This document shows, piece by piece, positions 51,804-64,000 of a stretch of DNA of 64,000 nucleotides. The position numbers and the translations under genes are program-made. Numbering within the stretch: position 1 is the stretch's first letter; the number at the start of each line of letters is the position of its first letter. Origin of the DNA: Dimorphilus gyrociliatus (taxonomy: Eukaryota > Animalia > Annelida); NCBI GenBank assembly GCA_904063045.1, contig CAJFCJ010000023.1:1-64000 (forward strand). Reading direction: 5' to 3'. The notes beneath the pieces are model-generated. The model saw nothing but the letters and a program-made list of their open reading frames with translations, ran no database searches and had not been told where the DNA came from.

Positions 51804-52823
51804 TTAATCTTGTGTGTTGTCATTGATCCAAGTCAAGTATTGCGAAACTCTTGCGTACACTGATGGAGCAGTAGGTGGACAACTGAAAACTCCGAATGAT
51901 GTTACTCCAGCAACAATCTTTTCACCGTTCAAGTCACAGTTCAATGGACCACCAGAATCTCCCTGAAGTTTGGAATACTCTATTATTATCTATCCAAAAC
52001 ACGACATTCACTCTGAAATACTTACATTACAACTTCCAGTCGTTTCATCATCGTCGTTAAGACAAATATGGTATTGTCTCTCTGCTTGAGGAATTCCTTG
52101 AAGTTGACAATCTTCAGTTGTCAATACCTTAGAGTTGGCTTGTTGGAGGATGTTGGGAGTTGGTCCGAATCCGTATAATCTTCCCCAGCCGGTTAGAGTA
52201 CATTCGGTTCCGTCGAGGGCGGAGTCATCAGCAGGGGCAAGTTTGGCTGCACTGATTCCTGGTCTGGAGAGATCGACTGGAGATTCTAGTTTCATAACAC
52301 CAATATCGTTGGGGAATCCGGAAGGACCGTCATTGATAAAATCAGGATGGAATCTAACAATTGATGGTTTAAGAGTGACGGCTTCATCTTGTTTGGTTTG
52401 ATCGTGAAGACCAAAAACTAAACGATGTGATTCGAGATCCGGATTCTGGATGCAGTGGGCAGCAGTCAACACCCAATTTTCATTCAAAACAACTGCACCG
52501 CAACTGATGGATGATAATTAAAAGACTATTTAGCATTTGATGAATGCTTTAATTGAATGTTATTTTACTTGTGTGTACATCCAGTACTAGTACATCGTTG
52601 AAGGGACACTTGCCAAGGCCAAGATCCTTTAACGGCGTCAGTTCCACCAACAATTCTTCCCAAGTTTGTAGTGACTTGAGCAAATGGGCGTTTAGGAGCT
52701 GCACTTACTATAAATGAACAAATAGTGTTGAAGATGCAAGAAAGAGAAATATTGTTGCATTTTATTTAAAAGGTTGATGTACTAACCAGCAACAAGGAGA
52801 AGAGAGAGAACAAAAGCCTTCAT
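51804..52823 (-). CDS. S1A serine protease copy P6
   Basis: Near-identical to P1/P5; GPTPN and FGVFSC variants; triad intact. Confidence 0.95.
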
Positions 52824-53399
52824 GATAGTTTGTTGAGATGTTGTTATTCAAAGTGGAATAATGAAATTGAAGAGTTTGATGGCGTTTATATAATGAATGA
52901 ACCGTGGGAAAAAGATAAGTTCAAGTAAAGATTGCAATTGTTTATCTTTAGATCGGAAGTGTATATTTAGTGTTTGTGATGTATTTCGATGTAACAAACG
53001 TAGATAATTTTACGGAGGTGTAAAATTGAAGAGTATTGAATAATCATGAAATATTATTCATAATGAAAACTTTATGAAAAACTTATGTCATTTGACAAAC
53101 GCATTGACTATCCGAATTGGTGGAAACGTTAAAAGGAGATATTTCCTGTTTGAATTTATTGTTTTTGAATAGTGTTTTTTGATGATTCGTACCTATTTTT
53201 TATTTTAATGTGTAACCCAGTATTGTTTAAATCCTTTTAAGAAGAGATATTTTTTATATATGTGTTGATGAGTTAGATTTCAGTGTGTAAAATGAATGTG
53301 TATGCATATTTACAATCGGAAGGGTTCTAGCGCATGTTATATGTATATATTGTGTACTGTATACAGAATATGTGTTTATTAATGTTATAACTGTGAAAA

Positions 53400-53530
53400 A
53401 TTGATGTAGAACCCATTAACAAGTTGAAAAGAGTGAACGAAAGTCTTCATGATAGTTTGTTTAGATGTTGTTATTTAAAGTTGAATAATTGAATTGGATA
53501 ATTGAAGGCGTTTATACAGTGAATAAATGG
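53400..53530 (-). pseudogene. Relic protease promoter and first exon (seventh copy remnant)
   Basis: gaaagtcttcatgatagtttgtttagatgttgttatttaaagttgaataat..ggcgtttata matches the protease 5' region. It reads MKTFVHSFQLVNG, and no downstream protease exons follow. Confidence 0.7.
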
Positions 53531-54829
53531 CGAGAAATGCCAAATTAAAGTAATGTGTTATGGGTTTTCGGTAGGAGGGGATTTTTTTATAACACTAAGG
53601 GAAATATCCAAGAAGAAGTATAAGCAGGAAAGTTACTGCGGAATGCTTTATCTAAGATATGATATAACAATAAGGAAATATGTAAACTGTTAAATTTTTT
53701 TAACATGTTTTATAAGAAATCTTCAAATACTTTATCCATTATATACGTATTCATCACTAATGTTTTGTTTAAAGAAATTAAAGAATAAGATATATTCATT
53801 AGGAATGGAGAGAGATCTAAAGAAAGAAAACGACTTTGATAACTACGACAGAAAAAATAATTAATAATATCAATATCAATGTAGAAATTTCGTTATTTAA
53901 TATTTCATAACCTTAATTCATTTTGTGCTGATCTATTCAAGAACAGTAATTTAATATGCTCAGAAAAAAGCTTTTAAACCTTTGTAATAGTTTTATCCAG
54001 TTTGAATAGATTTGCTCGAATATTATGTTTTTCTATATATGTACAAAGTGTTCTTATTGTTTGTATATTAACACTTCCGGTAGTTTTATACTATTTAATA
54101 ACTAAATGCAGTTGTTTAGTTATGTGGAAAGAAAAGGAAGAAATATCTGGGTTAATCTTCCATCATACAATTAATTAAGAAAGAAAATGGAAAGATTTTG
54201 CTTTCGTGACGAAAAAGCTTACATGAAGCTCTCTTCCTCTCTCCTATTCCAAAAAAGGGATAAAGCAGTTCAAGTTTTATTAAATGGAAGTTAATTATAT
54301 TGTCCAATACAAACAAAAAAGATAATGCGTTCAGAGTTTCCATTTCATATCTGCAATATTCATATTTTTTTATATTACTTTACGTTTTAGAAGAAAAAGC
54401 CTTATACAAAGCATTAGAGTAAAGGACAAACAAAATTTGTGAATACAAAGCAGTTTATTTAATCGACGAGCCATTTTTATTCGAATATGAAAAATCAAAC
54501 TATAGCAGCTGTCTTTAACAGGAAGCGGATATGAACAACAAAGACACCATTTACTAGTTTTTTTTTCTTTTCCTTTTTAAAACGCTAAAAAAGGAGTAAG
54601 TATGTAAAAATAAGGACAGAGATAAAGAGAATAGTAAGAAGGTAAAAAAGATCATTATAACGACTCTATCCTTCAATAGCATATATAGTATTTTTCTATA
54701 ATTTACTAGCCGTGGATTAAATTTGAATAGATTGATATATATATATATATAAATTTATATATTTGTATACATACTGTATACTGTATATATATATATATGG
54801 ATAGATACATGTGTGTACACGTATGAGTA

Positions 54830-54850
54830 GTGTGTGTGTGTGTGTGTGTG
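54830..54850. repeat. (TG)n microsatellite next to TA-rich repeats
   Basis: gtgtgtgtgtgtgtgtgtgtg. Confidence 0.9.
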
Positions 54851-56953
54851 TTCTCGTTCAAGACTATATGTAAAAGAAAATATCAATGCGGAGTGAATGT
54901 AGGCTGACAAAATCGTATTGAACCTGCGATACTCTGACCTATCGATATTCTCTATAAGGCCTATTTACCTGAGCGACACAGCCCGAGCTTGTTTTTGCAC
55001 TATTACCTGGATAGTATAAAACCTCTTTATTCAATTTTACGTTGGATTTCAACGTAAATCCGAATATTATTCTGTTTCTAATTCGCCTCTTAAAATAAAA
55101 TCAGTTTAACGGATAGTCGCTCATGTAAATATCAACGTTAGAAAGTGAATATTCGTTTAATAATTTGGATTTATTCGGAATTTTAATGAAGAGGAATATG
55201 TTGGTTTGTTAGCCAGATCAAACTACATTAGTTGAAAACAAAATAATATATTGCCCGGCTTATTCGTCTTTTTACATTTTTCTCACTCTCTCACTCAAAC
55301 CCTCCGTCTTTTTGTCATTTGAGGATTAGCAACGCTTGGGAAGCGTTAGTCAATAAGGTATTATATTATTTTTTTCCCCCCAAAGGTTTGTAGTTTGTTC
55401 CAATTTAAATAATTGGCCTATAGTTTCGTTAATGATCCATAAAATGAGTTTATATTACAATTCAAGTCTACAATAACGTAGAACGTTTAAAAAAGAACCC
55501 GGTTTTTTTTTCTGTTCGATTATCCCTTGTCTATCGTTGATATATTGCCATTAGTGTACCTGACTAGAATAGTTATGTTTAATTATCACGTTGATTATTG
55601 TGTAAAGGATAAGGTAGTAAGTACACTTATTAGTGAATTGATATTTTAGACTTGAAACACTTTTTCGAAGGATTTAGAACAAAGAACATTTTCAAAATGA
55701 TTTCTTTTTAAAAAAACATATCTTATTTCTGGCAATGGAATTTTAAATATTAATTGATTGATATATTAGTTGAGCTAAACAACATTCCGCTTCAGTCTAC
55801 TAAATAATAGTTGTTTAGCGAATAAATTTTACAAGCGTGAGAAAAGAATCTTTTTTTTCGTTATTCTTTAAACTTCATAATCTATAGGCCTTTGAACACT
55901 ATAGAATTTGCAGTCACACGAACATTAACAAATTTATCACAAAAATATCGGTACGTTATGATTGTATATTTTGTAAAGAATCACATTTGAGAAGGTTAAA
56001 TAAAGGTCAGGAAAGGTGCGGAAGAATGGAGAGTTATATTATTTTGATTGAATGAAATTACCAGTCTAACTTTCTACAGTTTGAACATTTCTTTTATAGT
56101 AATGCTTCGCCTGGAATCCTTTTTTCTATCTCGCCGCTACAAAGGATTACGCATTTAATACGATTTTTGTACAGTGTTAAAAGTATTAGTGTAAAATCTA
56201 CCTGCGAATTTCGTATATTAAAATATAGAAAGGTATACAGCATAACAAAATTGATTCATTCACGGTTTATTCACCTGAGAGGTAAAAAGTCTGAAAACGT
56301 TCTTTTAAAAAAAATAAACAAATAACTTAAAATATTGTAGGTCAACTGTCTGAGTACTATTCAGAGTCATAAATCAACCTCTTAATTACCGACTTAAACC
56401 ATATAATCAATTTAATATACCCGAGTGTGTATTATTAAATCCAATGAAAAGAGGTTTTTCTTGGCAAAACTGCCTATTAAGGTTCAATTCTTTTGTTAAT
56501 AGACTGTATACAACGTTCAAAGTTTTATATTTAGTGGATGAATATATAAATAATTAATGTTATTTAAATACTGATTAGTATGCTCTTGTCACAGTAATAA
56601 ACTGTTGAACTTTTACTATAAAAAGAAAACTGAATCCTAAAAATATACGCAAAGAAAAACGAAATTGAGTTCTCTTTTTATTAAAATAAAAACGATTATC
56701 CTTTGAAATTATAACCATTTCCCCTAGTTATTTTAAGTATCTATAACAAATACTCGAAAAAGAAAGGTTCTCTATGCTATAAATAGAATCTTTATTATTT
56801 ATTTGATGCTGTGAGAAGAGAATATATTTTATTATTAAGATTATTTAAGTATTTTATTTCTATTCAATAACTTAATTAAAATATTTTCTATTTCAATAAT
56901 AAATAATAATACAATTGTTTTATATTTTTTCAGGTGGTGGATAACATTTAAAT

Positions 56954-59900
56954 ATGCCTCCTATTCATCTATCGAAGGATACAAGTTCAACTTACCAGAA
57001 AAATGTAGGGATTATTGATTTTATTGATTATTATTAAATATATTTAGTTAGCTAGCCTTTTACTACTATTAAAAGTGTATTTTTAACAATAACTTTACAA
57101 GTTAACCCCATTTCTATCCGTTATGCTTTACGTCTAGCTCGGGATACGGGAATATGATGGTTATAAATAGCCTTATCAAACAATATGTAATGATAAATAC
57201 AGTATGTTTAGGCTTGTAAAATTCACATATACAACGTATATGTGTATATACACATTGGAAGTTTACACCTGGAATTATGATCGTATGTACATCGAACATT
57301 TAATGATTATTTTTCAACTACCATTTTTAATTGTAATAAAAATAAATGCTTAATTTTATATTTTACTATACAAACAGCAATATTTTATAATACGATATAA
57401 CTAATCTCTAACAAACCTTTCTATGTAAAAATATCAAAATACATCGTTTTATTCAGAATATAATGTAGAAATCAATCATCTAAAATACATCTATACTTTT
57501 ACGTACTAAGCTCTACTCAAAGTAGATAAAATTATAATGTATATGAAAATATAATCGATAAAATGTTGCAGGTTTATGAACAACTGACAAGCGACTATAA
57601 GGAATTCATATCAGAAATCGATGGAGTTCTTCACGATGAATCGTTCATCAGTGAAGAATCTCCCAAGGATCGAATTTTCGGTGTCTTTGACCCAATTTAT
57701 AGAAAATGTGAACGCTTATTAGAAGAAGGTGAACTGTTATTGGATAGAGGTATGTTTTTATAGAAATATATATTTATTAATAATTTAAGATACTTAAATT
57801 AACTAGCTCGAATGCATTTTTAATAAACAAGGTCTTGCTTGTGAATAAAAATCAATAAACATCTTTATTACAGGTCATCAATTACATTTAAGATATAAAA
57901 ATGCTAGTTTTCTCAAGAAGAAGTTTAGTAAGGAGAATAAAAAGATAGTAGATAGCCTAGTACAAATGACTGGAGAGTTACGCTCAAAACTTACAAAGGT
58001 AGGTGGATCAATACGTGTTTCCCTAAGATAAATATAACCACTCCGTAATTTAAACTAATTTAAATAAAATCGCGAACTGTGTATCTAATTTTCATGAGAA
58101 TAAGTTCTTTATTTTATAACGAGAGGATTTACCTTGAAATTGACACCCAAAATTACAGTAATAACCTAATGAAAAGTCAGCCTTATAGTAAATACCTTAT
58201 TAATTGAAAGGAAATGTAGCAACTCTACATGTATAATTGAAGCACAAAAATAAATATGTAAATTTGGAGTAGTTTAAAAGTATTCAATTTCCGTTTCTTT
58301 CAAATCAAAGGAAACCGAACGGGTAGGCTATAAACTTAGCTTCAATAGCTTTCTACAAATTTGGAAAGGTGCAAGCAATAAAAAAAAATTAGGTCATTCT
58401 GATTGTATATGGTTTCTTTCTCAAATTGAAATTCTTTGTTGTTGTATCAGTTAATTGCGAGAGATTAAGTATTACACTATTTCTGAGAGACTATGATATT
58501 TCTTTTTTGTTTAAATTTGTTCAATTGAACATGAATTAATGGGTCCTCTGATAGATATCGGAATTATCAAAAGGAAAAGTTTTTTTTTGTGCTTTTAACC
58601 TATTCAAATTCTATTTTGATAAGTAATCAATCTTATGGTTTATTCACGAATTATTGTTTATTGAGACTTTATACTTGTTATAGAAAAAAATACTCAATAA
58701 TTGAATTATTAGCAAGAAATTGATAATTTTTTTGATACATTTTTTAGCTTCGATCAATTTATATCGCGAAAAATGACGCCCTGATTAACACTATTGAAAC
58801 AACTGGGCTCGAAGAAGGGTTTAGGAGTGTTATACAGTGGATTAAAGGGCCTGGTGATAAGCTTCTAGTTTCACAAACAGAAATCGGTGAGGATTACACA
58901 ACTGCTGATAAATTAAGAAAAGTTCATGAGGAGCTAGAATTAAAATGTGCCGATACCTACTCGAATTATGCTGAATTAAGGCATAAGGTTACGCTACTAC
59001 TAGAAAGTGGTAAAGGGGAGAAGGCGGATTTAATAAATCAGTGTGATTATATGGAAAGTGTTTGTAGGAACTTTGCCAATATACTCGAAAAAAGAAGGAT
59101 TTTAGTTATCACCTCAGTGAGGTTTCATAGGTTAGTATTATATCTCTGTAATAATCTATTAAATATAAGCAATATGTTTATTTTATTTTTAAGGTTTTTC
59201 GAAGAACTTTCCAGATCACTAGATGACCTCTTAAGAACTTTGCATAATGAAACAGCATTCGAAGATGTTCAAAGTGCTGAAACAGCTTTGAGTGACCTTG
59301 AAGGGAAAGTTGAAGAAATTCGTAAGTTTAAAACCCTTACTATTGTTGCATAGCTAATTTATATACTTACTTTATACTCATAGTTCATCTCTACGACGAA
59401 GCAATCGAAGAAGGTCATGAATTGCTGAATCTCTTAAGTTTGTCAGTGAAAAATTGGGTAGGTCAAGATGTTACCCCTGACCGAACTAAACAGGTTTGTT
59501 AAACAAAAAAAAGATTGTTTGCATAAGCATTTAGCTGACCCTATTTTTTACTGTTTATTATTGTAGATCGAGCATGTGGAAAATCTCTTGGATGCTCTTC
59601 AGCAACGTCGGACGAGATCTGATGAACTTGCAGGTGCTAGAAAAAAGAAACTTCAGCAGCTTCTTGAATTAAGAACTTGTGAACAGAATGCCATACAAGC
59701 TATTCAATGGATTGCTGAACTCTGTGATACTGTGAATGAACGTAATGCTGCCACTCCTAAGCCAGGAGAAAGGCTAACAGATTATCATAATACCCAACTT
59801 CAAGTTCATAAAACAGCTTTAGAAACTTACAATTATGGTAAAGAATTGCTACAAAGAGCTCTAGTTTTGAGGCGAGTTTTACATCAGGATCTTGAAGCTA

Positions 59901-62900
59901 ATCATGAAATGATGCAAGATCTTAATGATACTTGGAAGAGATTCACGAGGGGTGAACTTGAACATGTACAAAGATTGAAAAATGCTTCTCTATTTCATCA
60001 TAATGTCGAACAATTTGAAAGCGATATGAATGATATATACCAAGAAATGAAAATGGTTGAAAATTATCAGCTAAAACCAGCTGATGCTGTTTGGCAAAAT
60101 TGGCATAAAAAAGAAAGAATTTATCAACAAGGCCCAGAAATTATTGATATAGGAAAGAAATTATTAGAAAAGTTACAAGAGCCTGTAATTAGAGAATATG
60201 GAGAAAATAGAGAAATTGAATTTATGGATGAGACAGTTGTAAACAATCTTCGACAAAAATTAAGCAAATTCGAAGATAATTTGAAGAATTTCACTTCCGA
60301 TTGGGAAAATATGTTTTCCGCTTATAAGCTAGATCAAAATGAAAACCTTGTTGATGGAGATGGCAATATTCTTCGATATGCTTATCAAAGAAAGCAAGAA
60401 GATTTTACACCGACTCACACAAGCACTTTGATGAGGCCACCTGATTCAAGTTTATACTCTACTCGAGATGAAACATTAAGTAGTGTACCAATGAGAGAAA
60501 AGTCAGACAATCAATCAATAGAAAAGTTGGAAAATCAATCTAGAGAACAATCAACTAATTTAGAGCGTAATACATCTTTTTCCAAATACGAAGATGAAAA
60601 ATTTTTCGCTGAGAGAAATAAAATTTTGAACAAGTATGGAAGACCGTACAAGCCATTTAGTTCATTTTTGGCGAAAAAAGAAGATTGGTATCACGAAGGA
60701 ACAGATAGAACATTAGAAAGACCAAATCAACGTAATGATAATCAATCGCCATATGATGGCTGGCGATCGGATCGTGCAAATGATAACCAACACCCTGAAG
60801 GACAGAATAAATGGAGAGATGAAGAATCCATACAAGGTCGTTTCTATTATCCTCAGAAAGCTGATGTATCTATAGATACTGAACAGAAATATGCTGAAAT
60901 ATCTGAACAACCTAACAGTCAAGCACAGTTACATCAAATGCCTGCTAAAGCTTCATACTTTTTTCCGAGTGATCCATCAAATCTGAATAAGGAACCAACA
61001 TCGCGTAATCGACCACAATCAATGCCTCTTGCTGTTGAAAGAATACCGGTTAATAATACCTATGATCAAACAGACAGAGGAAATATAACAAGAGAAGATC
61101 GCAATAGGTACAGTGATCCAAACTATGCGTCATACTTTCAAAGAGGTCACCCCAGGGATTCTGATCCATACGCCTCCCATATGCATAGAAATATGGAAAG
61201 GAGTATCCACCCTCACCCACAAGAGCAATTTAACCGAACTAGTGAAACGCCAGTTCAGGATTTAAACCAAAAAGATCAAATTTTGGAAGTTGATCCAGAG
61301 CCACCATTCCACGGAAAATCTAAACCACAGGATCAGAAACCATACGACGGGCCAGGATATTGGGATAGTGACAGACAAAAGTTTGCAGATCCAAGATATA
61401 GCTCTCAACCAAACAGACAACATAATCAGCCACCAAACACTTCGCGTGATCCAACGCAACCATTATTCATTGACACATCATTTCCTAATGGAATTGCTCA
61501 ATCTGGAAAACCTTTAAATAAATATGATCCAGAATATGAAAGACTTGCCTCTGACTATCGTATGGAAGAACGTCAGCCTAGAAACTCAGGAACTTATCCC
61601 GGTCCTTGGTATCATTCATCCCCAAGAGTCATTCCTTTCCAGCAGCCAACTGCTCCTTTTTATACTGGTGCTCAAGAAACTGACGAAAGTAAATACGATG
61701 TTGGTGAGAGAGATGGGAGATTTAGTGAACAATTTGATCATAGACGTACAGCCATTCTAGATCATAATATAGCTACTACAGAAACTCTACCAGAAATGAT
61801 GCCTACTGCTAAAGATGAATATTCTGATAGAGACGATTCGGTTTTCGTAGAAGATGATCACCCGAAATATGCTACTGGAGAAGCTCTAAAGTATGTACTC
61901 GAAGAGGATTTCTTAGAAGATCCTACCGAGCTAGTCGTCTTTCCGCACTGTGGAACTCGAACACATTTTCCACTGAGTGGCTTACATCCAGATCAACCAA
62001 AGAATACTTTTCCAATTATCAATGACGATAGACGATATGTAATGAATGGACACGATACAGAATTGGACGAAGAAAATTATAAAACAGGTAGACCCGACTA
62101 CCATTCAGGAAATCAGGATGTTTCCAAGGAGAATTATTCACCTGAGGAGAGAGGTCATTATAGAAACTATCATGAAGGAATTGATTTTGCTACTCCTGTC
62201 AGCGCACAGCAAGATGATAGAATCAACGCTCTACCTGAGCAGCAAAAGCCTACCGAATCTATACAACCGGAAGGACAACGTATATTCAAAAGTGGAAAGC
62301 TGATACGCTTGATTGGCTCAGAAAAGCCGCAAGACAATAGACTGCAAGATGAACTTTCTCAGGAAATAACACAAGCTGATAGTTTACCATCGCAGCATCT
62401 TTCAACCTTTCGAAATGAACCTTTGCATGCAGCTCCTGGAAAGAGCCATGATGATTCACTTTTATCCGACAGTTTAGAGAATGAGTATGCCTATAATAGG
62501 AAATATGCCGATGTAGGAGAGCCTCTTACTCATCCTCCACATGCAAGGCAAAATCTTGCTTTAGATCAAAATTCTGCTTTTGCCGATCTAGTAATAGGAA
62601 AAAATCAGGAGAACACTACTAGCAAATTTTTAGAAAATTATCCTCAGTTCAAGGAATACCCTCCGCCACCAGAACCCCAAGTATCTAGATATATAGGAGG
62701 AGAATCATACGCAGCCCCAGAAGAAAATTATGAACCTGCAAGAGTAGGAGAAAGACCTCTTGAAAAGTTGCCAATATTTGGCTTAACAGGAGCTAAAGCT
62801 TTACAACAATCAAAAGACGCCGGAAATGACGAAGAATTTAGAGTAATTGACCAAAACGATCCATTGCAGAGGGATGATAGATATCCAGCTGAAGATTTTA

Positions 62901-63496
62901 GAGAACGACGACGTCGTAATATTATTTCAAAAGATAAACAAATATCTGATTCACGTTCTTGGGAAACATGGAGGGAACCTCAGAAAATTGACGAACAAGA
63001 TGTTGGCTACGGACGTTTTAGTGAAGAACCACGTCAAGACGAAGATAATTTCAGAGATTATAGAATGTATTCAACTGAGATACCAAGGAGTAGTCAAAGA
63101 CAATCTGACCTTCAAATATGGCCAACTGAACCTATTGAATATTCGAAATTGAATGATAAATATTTAGATCAAAGTATTACAGAGATTATTGATCCCAACA
63201 GTACCGATGATCGTGGCATTCACGATGAAACAACATCTCATTTATCTAGAACATCATCAGTGGTTTTGGAAAATCGTCTTGAAAAAGTCACAGGTAAGTG
63301 ATGGAAAAGTATAAAAATTTTGTTTGCAAAATGTGTTTTCTGTTTAGAACTATTTGCAAAATCCCAAGATCCAAACAAAAGTCTCGAAAGGCTTAACAGC
63401 TTCTTGCAAAGGGATACAAGACCGGATATGGACGATGCCTTTATTGATCCAGAAAACCAAGAATTTTGGAACGACTTAAATAGAAAATTAAGAGAG
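56954..63496 (+). CDS. Spectrin-repeat protein (SESTD1/CCDC141/zormin-like N-terminus) with a long disordered region; probably continues beyond the window
   Basis: Phase-consistent exons 56954-57004, ~57572-57749, ~57874-57998, ~58750-59130, ~59193-59341, ~59384-59493, 59567-63293 and 63348-63496. Spectrin-like helices VIQWIKGPGDKLL..EIG..LRKVHEELE..DTYSNYAELRHK..DYMESVCRNFA..RR..ITSVRFHR and AIQWIAELC..WKRF. Confidence 0.75.
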
Positions 63497-64000
63497 GTTT
63501 GTTGATTCTCTTTGTTTGCTACTCTATTAACAGAATTTTACTAATTCTCTTGATTGACAAAAACAACTAATATTTATTAATTTTATTTTGAACAAAAAGA
63601 TTTACTTCTTGAACTTAAATAGCAGGTGGTGGGCCTTATTTCAGACAAAACTGTACGATATCTAGTATCTCTTTTAGCATATTTAGAATAATGATTTTAG
63701 TTCTGAGTTAATTGCTGTGTGCATTGTTGAATATGATGTTGCTTTCCGCGACACATAAAGTTGGCAACAAGAAGTGTAGTCAAAGATTTCGATTTGAAAC
63801 GTGAGATATTACATTTTATATAGTGTATATAGGAATTTTCCGAGATTGGTAATCTATTATGCGACGTGCCTCACGTTTTCCGGAATCAACTGCGCCGTGC
63901 ATTGTTGAATATGATTGTGGTATAGTAGCTTCTCCAGCAAATAAAATTCTAGGAACACTTTTGTCATCAAGAATAGGATCAGAGTAGTTAGCATAATCGA

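Larger units (their letters stand above)
45640..53000 (-). repeat. Tandem array of about 2.3-kb protease units (P4, P5, P6), inverted relative to P1/P3
   Basis: P5 to P6 start spacing is 2281 bp. Spacer 47430-48181 is homologous to 50810-51420. 3' flanks 45640-46160, 49391-49520 and 51290-51800 are homologous. Confidence 0.85.

Noticed and set aside
38431-52401. Repeated 88-aa 'MACWRMLG...' and 61-aa 'MDNRKLRMM...' ORFs
   Set aside because: Antisense or alternate frames of the duplicated protease exons; conserved only because the DNA is duplicated.
55036-55347. Small perfect hairpins (TTTACGTTG-5-CAACGTAAA; AACGCTT-3-AAGCGTT)
   Set aside because: Stems of 7-9 bp are expected by chance and do not form a miRNA-length or MITE structure.
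60713-63152. Short alternative-frame ORFs inside the giant exon
   Set aside because: Shadows of the 1241-aa frame.
1-64000. Prokaryotic systems (CRISPR, operons), rRNA and tRNA
   Set aside because: The sequence is spliced eukaryotic DNA; no repeat-spacer arrays, cloverleafs or rRNA motifs were seen.

Overview
Eukaryotic, AT-rich, gene-dense animal DNA with many short (about 55-90 bp) GT-AG introns. The earthworm-fibrinolytic-enzyme-like proteases and compact introns suggest an annelid with a miniaturised genome (e.g. Dimorphilus-like); this is inference and was not verified. The ORF track fragments most genes, so I rebuilt exon structures by hand from splice signals. In order: (1) two Golgi glycosyltransferases, GT77-like (partial) and GT37-like fucosyltransferase. 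(2) A patchwork segment made of a truncated fucosyltransferase copy, a BEL/Pao gag fragment and an apparently exact 186-bp copy of a neighbouring exon. (3) One or two titin/twitchin-like Ig/FN3 genes, each start preceded by an RFX X-box. (4) An orphan class A GPCR. (5) MINPP1-like phosphatase with a GPI-like tail. (6) A CD225/dispanin gene. (7) A secreted five-MAM-domain protein. (8) Two convergent DEG/ENaC channels with non-canonical HG and GxS motifs. (9) A BEN-domain gene. (10) A RING/B-box TRIM-like gene. (11) A cluster of six S1A serine proteases, three on each strand converging on a second orphan GPCR, with a BEL/Pao pol fragment and a relic seventh copy. (12) The 5' part of a SESTD1/CCDC141-like spectrin-repeat gene with a 3.7-kb exon. 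No rRNA, tRNA or CRISPR array was recognised.
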